DNA of 64,000 nucleotides from an uncultured bacterium (GTDB lineage Bacteria > Zixibacteria > MSB-5A5 > UBA10806). The notes beneath the pieces were generated by a model. That model saw only the letters and a program-made list of their open reading frames with translations. It was not told where the DNA came from and ran no database searches. The DNA is taken from NCBI GenBank assembly GCA_965541585.1, contig CBEUCH010000011.1:32001-96000 (forward strand), in the 5' to 3' direction. Numbering within the stretch: the first letter of the stretch is position 1; each line of letters starts with the position of its first letter. The position numbers and the translations under genes were made by a program. This document shows, one piece after another, positions 56,330 to 64,000 of the stretch.

Positions 56330-57066
56330 GTGCTGTAGATAAGGTGGCGATGGTTACAGGGGGCGCTCGTGGCATCGGATATGCCATAGCGGAAAAACTC
56401 GGTTCCGACGGCTATTCGGTGATCATCTCCGATATACTTGCCGAAGCAGCGAGCGAGAGCGCATCGAAACTCGCCGACGGAGGAGCCAGAGCCATATCGG
56501 TCGAGGGCGACGTCTCGAAACCTGAATCTGTTGATGCCATGTTTAAGGCCTCGATCGAAGAATTCGGCCGGGTCGATGTTCTGGTCAATAACGCGGGTAT
56601 CACCCGCGATGGTCTGCTTCTACGTCTTGATGCGGAAGATTGGGATATGGTGATGGGTGTTAACCTGAAAGGGGCTTTTCTGTGCACCAAGGCGGCCTCG
56701 AGAATTATGATGAAGAACCGTTGGGGCAGAATAATCAATATCTCATCTGTCGTGGGGATCATGGGCAATGCCGGGCAATCCAATTATTCCGCCTCCAAGG
56801 CCGGTCTTATGGGTCTTACGAAATCGGCGGCCAAGGAGCTTGCCGGCAGGAGTATAACCGTTAACGCCGTAGCTCCCGGGTATATTCAAACGGAGATGAC
56901 GGAGAAATTGCCTGATTCAGCAAGGCAGGCGTTTTTGTCGATGGTACCACTGAAACGACCTGGCACGCCCGCGGATGTCGCCGGAGTTGTATCGTTTCTG
57001 GCATCGGATCTTGCCGAATATGTCACCGGACAGGTTATTCATTGTGACGGCGGAATGGTGATGTAA
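56326..57066 (+). CDS. fabG: 3-oxoacyl-ACP reductase
   Basis: TGGARGIG; NNAGITRD; NYSASKAG. Confidence 0.95.
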   Translation: MSAVDKVAMVTGGARGIGYAIAEKLGSDGYSVIISDILAEAASESASKLADGGARAISVEGDVSKPESVDAMFKASIEEFGRVDVLVNNAGITRDGLLLRLDAEDWDMVMGVNLKGAFLCTKAASRIMMKNRWGRIINISSVVGIMGNAGQSNYSASKAGLMGLTKSAAKELAGRSITVNAVAPGYIQTEMTEKLPDSARQAFLSMVPLKRPGTPADVAGVVSFLASDLAEYVTGQVIHCDGGMVM

Positions 57067-57124
57067 TCTTAAAATGAGCCAGTTAGCAAAAGTGAAATAG
57101 AAGATTCAATGTAAGGAGGAACAG

Positions 57125-57370
57125 ATGGCGTCAATCGAGGAAAGAGTTAAAGAAATAATCTCTGAGAATCTGGGGGTCGATGCTGAAAAAGTAAAACCGG
57201 AGGCGTCATTCGTGGACGATCTCGATGCCGATTCCCTGGACCAGGTGGAGTTGATTCTGGCTCTGGAGGAGGAATTCGATTGTACAATCCCCGAAGAAGA
57301 GGCCTCCAAGATCACCACTGTTGGTGAGGCGATGGGATATATTAACAAACATCTCGAACAGAAGGGATAG
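57125..57370 (+). CDS. acpP: Acyl carrier protein
   Basis: [21 protein letters not shown]. Confidence 0.96.
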   Translation: MASIEERVKEIISENLGVDAEKVKPEASFVDDLDADSLDQVELILALEEEFDCTIPEEEASKITTVGEAMGYINKHLEQKG

Positions 57371-57381
57371 GTTCTTATTCC

Positions 57382-58629
57382 GTGTCTCGAAGAGTAGCAA
57401 TAACCGGTATCGGGCTGGTAACGCCCCTGGGGCATACCATCGATGAGTTCTGGGATAGTATCGTCGCCGGGAAATCGGGTGTATCCACTATATCCAGATT
57501 AGACGCCTCGGGATTGCCGACGAGGATAGCAGCCGAAGTAAGGGAGTTTGATCCTTCCGAGTATATTGAGAAAAAACTGCTCAAGCGAATGGATCTCTCA
57601 CAACAGTTTGCGATGGCGGCCTCGGGGAAAGCGCTGTCGGATTCCGGAATGGATCTTGATTCGATCGATCGTGAGAGGGTAGGGGTTGTCATTGGCTCGG
57701 GTATCGGCGGGCTCAGGACATTCGAAAAGCAACATGCGATTATGTTGAACCAGAGCCCGTTGAAGGTATCGCCCTTTTTTATTCCCATGATGATCGCCGA
57801 TATGTCGGCCGGGCTTGTCAGTATTCGATACGGCTTTAAGGGGCCCAATTATGCTACTGTCTCCGCCTGTGCTTCATCCAGCAATGCCATAGCTGACGCC
57901 GTCATGATGATTCAACGAGGTGCAGCGGATATCATGGTGACCGGAGGCTCAGAGGCCTCCGTCACGATGGCATCTCTTGCAGGCTTCTGCTCAGCGAAAG
58001 CATTGTCCGAGCGTAACGATGAACCCGAGAAGGCCAGCAGGCCTTTCGACAGGGATCGGGATGGATTCGTTCTCGGGGAGGGTGCAGCTTCTCTTATACT
58101 CGAGGATCTGGAGAACGCCAGGGCCAGGGACGCCAGGATATATGCAGAAATAGCCGGTTTCGGTATGTCGGCCGATGCTTATCACATTACTGCCCCTGCC
58201 CCCAATGGCGATGGTGCGGCACGCAGTATGCAGGCCTCATTGGATGATGCCGGTATCAAGCCTGACAAAATAGACTACATCAATTCCCACGGAACCGCTA
58301 CCGGGCTGGGTGATATCGCTGAAACTTTGGCCATAAAAAGCGTATTCGACGATCGTTCGTATGAGATACCTGTTAACTCCACAAAATCGATGATCGGTCA
58401 TTTGCTGGGCGCCGCCGGGGCTGTGGAGATTGCAGCAACCATACTTCAAATGTCTCGTAAGATGCTTCATCCCACGATCAATCTTGATAACCCTGACCCC
58501 GAATGCGATCTTGATTACGTTGCCGAAGGCTCGCGTCAGGCAGAGATCAAATACGCCCTTTCGAACTCGTTCGGATTCGGCGGTCATAATATCTCCATTG
58601 TGCTTCGAAACCACCTGCCGAATAATTAA
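57382..58629 (+). CDS. fabF: 3-oxoacyl-ACP synthase II
   Basis: SACASS; HGTAT; KSMIGHLLGAAG; SNSFGFGG. Confidence 0.96.
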   Translation: MSRRVAITGIGLVTPLGHTIDEFWDSIVAGKSGVSTISRLDASGLPTRIAAEVREFDPSEYIEKKLLKRMDLSQQFAMAASGKALSDSGMDLDSIDRERVGVVIGSGIGGLRTFEKQHAIMLNQSPLKVSPFFIPMMIADMSAGLVSIRYGFKGPNYATVSACASSSNAIADAVMMIQRGAADIMVTGGSEASVTMASLAGFCSAKALSERNDEPEKASRPFDRDRDGFVLGEGAASLILEDLENARARDARIYAEIAGFGMSADAYHITAPAPNGDGAARSMQASLDDAGIKPDKIDYINSHGTATGLGDIAETLAIKSVFDDRSYEIPVNSTKSMIGHLLGAAGAVEIAATILQMSRKMLHPTINLDNPDPECDLDYVAEGSRQAEIKYALSNSFGFGGHNISIVLRNHLPNN

Positions 58630-59366
58630 TGAGGTTTTCGTTTTTCAAAAAGATCTTCTCCAGAGAGAAAGATTCTTTTGGGAAAATCGAATCTGCACTG
58701 GGATATTGTTTTCAAAACAAAAATCTGCTAAAAAAAGCTCTATCGCATCGTTCCAGCGTCGAGAACGGCACGTCCAACGAGCGGCTGGAGTATCTTGGTG
58801 ATGCCGTTCTGGGATTGGTTGTATCAGAGTTTCTGTTTAAAAAGTTCTCGGATCTGAACGAAGGTAGCTTAACTAAAATGAAGGCTTCACTGGTAAACGA
58901 GGCCGTTCTCTCAAAGGTGGCCGGCGAACTGAACCTCGGACAATTCATTTATCTAAGTAAAGAGGAAGAAAAGTCCGGTGGACGGGATAAACCATCGATT
59001 GTCGCTGACGCTGCCGAGGCGGTTCTGGGGGCCATCTATCTCGACGGCGGTTTGCCGGCGGCGCAAGAGGCTGTTCACGGGATTCTCTTAAGGAATTTTG
59101 AGGGCTTGCTCAACGACGAGGCGACCTATAATTATAAAGGAGAGCTTCTTGAGAACATGCAGGGCAGCGGCCAGGGAACGCCCCGGTACGAGGTTTTAAG
59201 AGAGATGGGCCCGGATCATGAGAAACTATTTCTGATCTCGGTTTCAGCCGACGGCATAATACTCGGCAAAGGAGAGGGCTCAACTAAAAAGGAAGCCGAG
59301 CAAAAAGCGGCCAGGATGGCTCTGGAGGAGTTGAGAGATAAGGAAAGACGTTCACCTGTGAGGTGA
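58629..59366 (+). CDS. rnc: Ribonuclease III
   Basis: NERLEYLGDAVL; ADAAEAVLGAIYLD; C-terminal dsRBD. Confidence 0.96.
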   Translation: MRFSFFKKIFSREKDSFGKIESALGYCFQNKNLLKKALSHRSSVENGTSNERLEYLGDAVLGLVVSEFLFKKFSDLNEGSLTKMKASLVNEAVLSKVAGELNLGQFIYLSKEEEKSGGRDKPSIVADAAEAVLGAIYLDGGLPAAQEAVHGILLRNFEGLLNDEATYNYKGELLENMQGSGQGTPRYEVLREMGPDHEKLFLISVSADGIILGKGEGSTKKEAEQKAARMALEELRDKERRSPVR

Positions 59367-59460
59367 GCTTAAACGATTTGTTTGATCGGATTAATTTAGC
59401 CACATGAGCGTGGATTTAATATCAATCAGTGAGAAATGGTGGTGCTAAGGAGATAGAGAT

Positions 59461-60222
59461 ATGAAAGTAGCGGTGCTGATAAAACAGACTCCCCAGCTTT
59501 CCGAGGTCTCATGGACAGGTGAGAATTTGAGCTGGCCGGATGATGCCCTGGTTGTCAATCCATTAGATGAGTATGCGGTCGAGGAATCCATCAGGATAAA
59601 AGAAAAAACCGGTGGAACAGCCGTTGCCATAACCTACGGTCACGCGAGTGCTGAATCCGTTTTGCGGGACGCGCTGGCGCTGGGAATTGACGAAGCTTAT
59701 CATATCGTGTCCGATCAATATTCGTCTACCGATCCACAGGGCAATGCCAGAGCTCTTGCGGCCTGCATACAAAAAATTGGGGAAATCGATCTGGTCCTCG
59801 CCGGTAAGCAAGCCTGCGACGACGACTCAACTCTGGTGGCGGTGTCAGTGGCGGCCCATCTGGACTGGCCACAGATAGGTTTTGTAAAGAAGTTCGATCA
59901 ACTCGATGATTTCAGGCTGGTAGCCTGGCGCACCACCGATACCGGCCATGATGTGGTGGAATCGGAGTTGCCCGTTGTTTGTTCAGTTGTGAAAGAGATT
60001 AATGAACCGCGGCTTCCTTCGCTCAAAGGTAAGATGAAAGCCAAGAAAGCCGAGATAAAGAAATTCACTCTTGACGATCTGGGTATCGATGATGCCCGGA
60101 AAATTGAAATTAAATCAATCAAACCTCCACCCTCGAGGCCAGGAGGTGAGATTCTCAAAGGGGAACCTGACAACGCCGTCGAGGCCCTCATTGAGAGACT
60201 GAAGGCGGATAAGTTTATTTAA
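59461..60222 (+). CDS. etfB: Electron transfer flavoprotein subunit beta
   Basis: KVAVLIKQTP; NPLDEYAVEE; GKQACDDD; NEPRLPSLKGKMKAKK. Confidence 0.9.
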   Translation: MKVAVLIKQTPQLSEVSWTGENLSWPDDALVVNPLDEYAVEESIRIKEKTGGTAVAITYGHASAESVLRDALALGIDEAYHIVSDQYSSTDPQGNARALAACIQKIGEIDLVLAGKQACDDDSTLVAVSVAAHLDWPQIGFVKKFDQLDDFRLVAWRTTDTGHDVVESELPVVCSVVKEINEPRLPSLKGKMKAKKAEIKKFTLDDLGIDDARKIEIKSIKPPPSRPGGEILKGEPDNAVEALIERLKADKFI

Positions 60223-60402
60223 CTTCCGCATCGCTCTGCCGAGTAAGCTCAAGAAATATACCGCTGACCAGTGCCGCTTTTAGCCCCAAGCCAATCTTAA
60301 TCTATTGTAATTCATCGGCTTAACTGTCAGCAAAATACCTGTTGCCTTCATGAGGATTATCGGTATATTGTGTTGTAGATTTTTGTAACACTTCTGCGTA
60401 AG

Positions 60403-63400
60403 ATGAAAGCAATCAGCAACAGATATGAAATCATCCGCAAGATAGGATCTGGATCTATAGGCGATGTTTTTCTCGTAAGGGATCTGGCAGAGGGCCAGGA
60501 CGTCTGTTTGAAATTGCTTGGCAATACTGGCGTTGCCGGGTCTGAGGATCTGGGTCGTGAATTTACGCTTCTGACCAGGTTGCGTCATCCGGGACTCATC
60601 AGGGTTTTAGATTTTGGAGTCGACGATGCCGACGGCAGCTTTTTCACAATGGAGTATGCTTCCGGTGGTGACCTGGGGCAGGCGGGTATTCCATCCCCCG
60701 ATGAGTTTTTTAAGGCCGCCTCATCGATCTGCCAGGCCCTGGATTATATACATAGCCAGGGCGTTATTCACGGCGATCTCAAGCCGAGCAATATTCTCAA
60801 AAACTCCTCCGGCGATTTTCTCCTTGCCGATTTCGGTTTAGCCTTCGTTAGAAGAAGCGACCCGGATATCGTTTCATCCGGCAGTGCGGCTTTTATATCT
60901 CCGGAACTCCTGCGAAAGGAATCGGTATCTCCGGGTTCGGATATCTACTCGTTGGGGCTTCTGTTTTTCGAAATGATTTTTGGAAAGCCCTTTTTCGAGG
61001 GAACCGCCGGGGAGATTATCGGGCGAAAACTATCTGGCGAAATTCAGTTGCCCCCTGTTCCCGAGGAATATGGCGGAAGCAGCATGCATGTTATAATGAC
61101 GAAAATGCTGTACTCTGATCCGAAGAATCGCCATCAATCTGCAGGAGCAATCCTGGATGAGATCTCCGATATGAAAGTAGAAAATCTCAAGCGCTCAATG
61201 GACAAGAGCCAGATTCCCGAAAAGGCCGATTTCGTGGGCCGGGTAGAGGAAATGAATTGGCTCGAGCAAGGGCTGCAGATGCGACCGGGGGAGATTTGTC
61301 GCTTTTTCTTTATCGGGGGCGATTCGGGAGTCGGCAAGAGCCGCTTGCTGGATGAATTTCGGGTCAAGGTGCAAATAAAGGGAGTTAGATTCTTCAGGAC
61401 CTATTGCCGTGAAGGCGATCTGGAACCATTCGGACCGCTCGTGAGATTGCTTAATTACATCTTTGTAGAGCTGGATCCCACACTGGAGATTTTCTCCTCC
61501 TATGGTCCGGATCTAAAAAGGCTCTTTCCTGCAGTGTTCGAGATTCTCGATCGTGAAGACTTAAAATCATCGGAGGCTGACATAAAGGCCGGTCGGCGGC
61601 GTATGTTCGATAACCTCCTGTTATATCTGGATCATCTTTTTTCGAAACATAATCTCATAATCACAATTGAGGATCTGCAATGGGCTGATCGCGATACACT
61701 GGATTTTGTCGAATTCTTATGGTCGAATCGCGATACTGAAAGCTCATTTTATTTTATCTGTACCGGTCGGACAGTTCCCGAGGGATCGATACCTGCTTTT
61801 TTGACCGATGATGACTCATGCTATAGAGTCCTGGAATCGGCAGGAGAAAAATGCTGGCAGGATTTTCTCAATAGCCTACTCGGCGGCACAGGTCTCCCCG
61901 ACGATTTCTCATCGACCCTGCACGAAGAAACGGGAGGGAATTTCCTGTATGCCGAGGAAATCTTAAAAGAACTGATATCTGACGATTGCCTGATTCGCCG
62001 GAGGGGTAAATGGTTCTTAGAACCGAGCTGGGAGGAGAATATAAGAGTGCCCGAAGGCGTTCAATCTCTGCTCAATCGCAGGCTGGAGCGTTTGAGCGCT
62101 GATCAAATCCTTATGGCCGGTGCGGCGGCTGTTCTGAACAGATCGTTTCGCGATCAGGAGATCATAGATTTGTCACCGATCCAGCAAGGTCAGGATAGTA
62201 TTGAACAGCTGATAGCGAAAGGCGTCTTTAAGCGGCAGATATTCGGGCGGGAGGAAAAGATCTATTTCGGCCATGGGCAGTTGAGACGTGCTGCTTATGA
62301 TAGTTTACCTGACGCGACTCGTTGTGAGATACACGCTAATATCGCCTGTTATTATGAGAAAAGAAATGAAAGCAGCGAGTTTCTCGGGCGCCATTACGCA
62401 TCTGCAGGCGATAATGAAAAAGGTTATCAGCACCTGTCTATGGCTGCGCAATTTGCCCTGAAGGTTCTGGCCTTCAGACAGGCAGCGGATTTATACGCCG
62501 CCTCCCTTAAGTGCGCTGAAGCTCTGGCGGATCTACCTCAAAAAAATGAGCGTCTTTATAAAATACATCTGGGTCGCGGGCAGGCTTTGAATTTTATATC
62601 GCCTCGGGCAGCGCAGGACTCGCTTATGGAGGCGGTATCCATCGCTCAATCCTGCGATTCTGGCGGATCGGATCTCTCCAGAGCCGCCATCGCCGCCGGA
62701 CGTAACAGCCTCGACCTGGGAGAGAGCGACAGAGCTCTGGAACTGCTACAGGAGGGATTGTCCGCCGCGGAATCAGTGAAAGACAAAAAGCTTCAAGGGG
62801 AGGCGAAAGTCGGGCTGGGATTTGTCTATGACAAGGTTGGAAGGCTCGATGATGCGGAGGCTTCATATCTTGAAGCGCTGGATCTTTTCGCCGGGATAGA
62901 TTATCCCGAAGGTTCGTGCCGTGTACTGAATTACCTGGGGATTGCTCGCAAGAGGCGCGGGGATCTTGCGGGTGCCGAGGATTTTTATCGACGCAGCCTG
63001 GATATCTGCTCGACGAAGGGCTTCAGGTGGGCCGCCATGAACCTGTACGGTAATCTCGGTAATTTATACTCAGCCAGAGGTCAGACCAAAGAAGCCGGGG
63101 AACATTATACCAGGTCGCTTGAAATCTCGCGCCAGATATCGGACCGCAGAATAGAGAGCATAAATCTGCTCAACATCGGCCATGCACTGAATCAGGCAGG
63201 CGATCTGGAAGCGGCCGAGAGCAAATTCTTCGAGGCCCTGGATAAACATAGAGCGCTTGGCGATAAAGGCTCCGAAGCGATTACGTTGAATAACCTCGGA
63301 TTCCTATATTTCAGGAAAGGTGAGATCCGCAATTCAATGGATCATTATGAAAAAGGTCTCAGGCTGAGTCTGCGGATCAACCAGCCCCGAATAGAGCTGG

Positions 63401-64000
63401 CCAATCGTATCGGTATAGCAGAGATCTTAACGGCCGTCGCGGATTTTCAAAAAGCGGATGAGGCTGCAAATGTAGCGCTTGCTCTTGCGGAAAGAATGGA
63501 TGATGCCGAACAGCTTGCCACTATCCTGCCTATCAGAACGGAAATCAAATATGAACTCGATGATACGGCAAGAAATCTGGATAATATAAAGACATTTCTG
63601 AATCTTCCGGCCGGTATCGGCGAACCGAGGCAGCGAATCAAGGCTCTGCTCGTATCGGAATATTTCAAGGATAAGGCGGACCTGGATTCTAAAGTGATCG
63701 ACAAACAGATTGCTGATCTTTCCGAATCAACTCCTTCCATCAGGGCTATCATGACAAGATTTAGAGCGCAGTTTACTCTCAGGAAGAATGAAATTGCGAA
63801 TCCGGAGATCTGGATTGCCAGGCTGGACGAAGCCATTAGAAAATCGAGTGATTTCATGCAGCATACGGAGACAGTCAGATTAATAGCCCTGAAGATTGAG
63901 TTTCTGGTTAAGATCGGGGATTCTCACGAAGCCGCCAGGCAGAGAGAAATTCTGAAGGCCCGGATCTCGAAATTGACTGCCGGTCTGGATGAGAAATATG
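60403..64000 (+). CDS. Ser/Thr protein kinase - AAA/STAND-type ATPase - TPR multidomain protein (3'-truncated by window; absent from ORF track)
   Basis: Translated by hand: RYEIIRKIGSGSIGDVF, LRHPGL, HGDLKPSNIL, ADFGLA; Walker A GDSGVGKS (~61318); Walker B IEDLQWAD (~61665); TPRs such as LNNLGFLYFRKG. No stop seen before 64000. Confidence 0.88.
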   Translation, partial: MKAISNRYEIIRKIGSGSIGDVFLVRDLAEGQDVCLKLLGNTGVAGSEDLGREFTLLTRLRHPGLIRVLDFGVDDADGSFFTMEYASGGDLGQAGIPSPDEFFKAASSICQALDYIHSQGVIHGDLKPSNILKNSSGDFLLADFGLAFVRRSDPDIVSSGSAAFISPELLRKESVSPGSDIYSLGLLFFEMIFGKPFFEGTAGEIIGRKLSGEIQLPPVPEEYGGSSMHVIMTKMLYSDPKNRHQSAGAILDEISDMKVENLKRSMDKSQIPEKADFVGRVEEMNWLEQGLQMRPGEICRFFFIGGDSGVGKSRLLDEFRVKVQIKGVRFFRTYCREGDLEPFGPLVRLLNYIFVELDPTLEIFSSYGPDLKRLFPAVFEILDREDLKSSEADIKAGRRRMFDNLLLYLDHLFSKHNLIITIEDLQWADRDTLDFVEFLWSNRDTESSFYFICTGRTVPEGSIPAFLTDDDSCYRVLESAGEKCWQDFLNSLLGGTGLPDDFSSTLHEETGGNFLYAEEILKELISDDCLIRRRGKWFLEPSWEENIRVPEGVQSLLNRRLERLSADQILMAGAAAVLNRSFRDQEIIDLSPIQQGQDSIEQLIAKGVFKRQIFGREEKIYFGHGQLRRAAYDSLPDATRCEIHANIACYYEKRNESSEFLGRHYASAGDNEKGYQHLSMAAQFALKVLAFRQAADLYAASLKCAEALADLPQKNERLYKIHLGRGQALNFISPRAAQDSLMEAVSIAQSCDSGGSDLSRAAIAAGRNSLDLGESDRALELLQEGLSAAESVKDKKLQGEAKVGLGFVYDKVGRLDDAEASYLEALDLFAGIDYPEGSCRVLNYLGIARKRRGDLAGAEDFYRRSLDICSTKGFRWAAMNLYGNLGNLYSARGQTKEAGEHYTRSLEISRQISDRRIESINLLNIGHALNQAGDLEAAESKFFEALDKHRALGDKGSEAITLNNLGFLYFRKGEIRNSMDHYEKGLRLSLRINQPRIELANRIGIAEILTAVADFQKADEAANVALALAERMDDAEQLATILPIRTEIKYELDDTARNLDNIKTFLNLPAGIGEPRQRIKALLVSEYFKDKADLDSKVIDKQIADLSESTPSIRAIMTRFRAQFTLRKNEIANPEIWIARLDEAIRKSSDFMQHTETVRLIALKIEFLVKIGDSHEAARQREILKARISKLTAGLDEKY

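Noticed and set aside
60280..63857. Short ORF-track ORFs in the last 3.7 kb
   Set aside because: All are antisense or out-of-frame shadows of the long kinase-ATPase-TPR frame.

Overview
Gene-dense bacterial chromosome segment, almost all on the + strand. The gene content (PorV-like barrel, T9SS-type C-terminal sorting domains, Bat operon) suggests a diderm FCB-related lineage such as Zixibacteria; this is inference only. In order: (1) a 13.8-kb envelope/T9SS-like operon: PorV-like fusion, M6-type metalloprotease, two paralogous membrane proteins, NHL lipoprotein, large SprA-like OM protein, Omp85 protein, and a DGGGP-synthase-like UbiA prenyltransferase; (2) moxR-DUF58-batABCDE plus a flippase-like gene; (3) nth-corA, a peroxiredoxin-fold protein lacking the catalytic Cys, and a TolC-MFP-RND pump coupled to bshC-bshA-bshB1 (bacillithiol); (4) a full selenocysteine locus: tRNA-Sec, selD with an in-frame UGA that the ORF track misses, selA and selB. 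It is split by a 5.1-kb integrase-less islet bounded by a perfect 30-bp duplication of the tRNA-Sec 3' end, with two decayed internal copies. It also holds a small gene that appears to fuse a RelA/SpoT-type zinc finger to a DUF2250-like winged helix; (5) amidohydrolase, nfeD-SPFH, asnS, and an FG-GAP/T9SS cargo gene flanked by nested palindromic repeats; (6) yceD-rpmF-plsX-fabH-fabD-fabG-acpP-fabF-rnc, an etfB without adjacent etfA, and a Ser/Thr kinase-ATPase-TPR gene running off the window end. All family calls come from reading motifs by eye; no searches were run.
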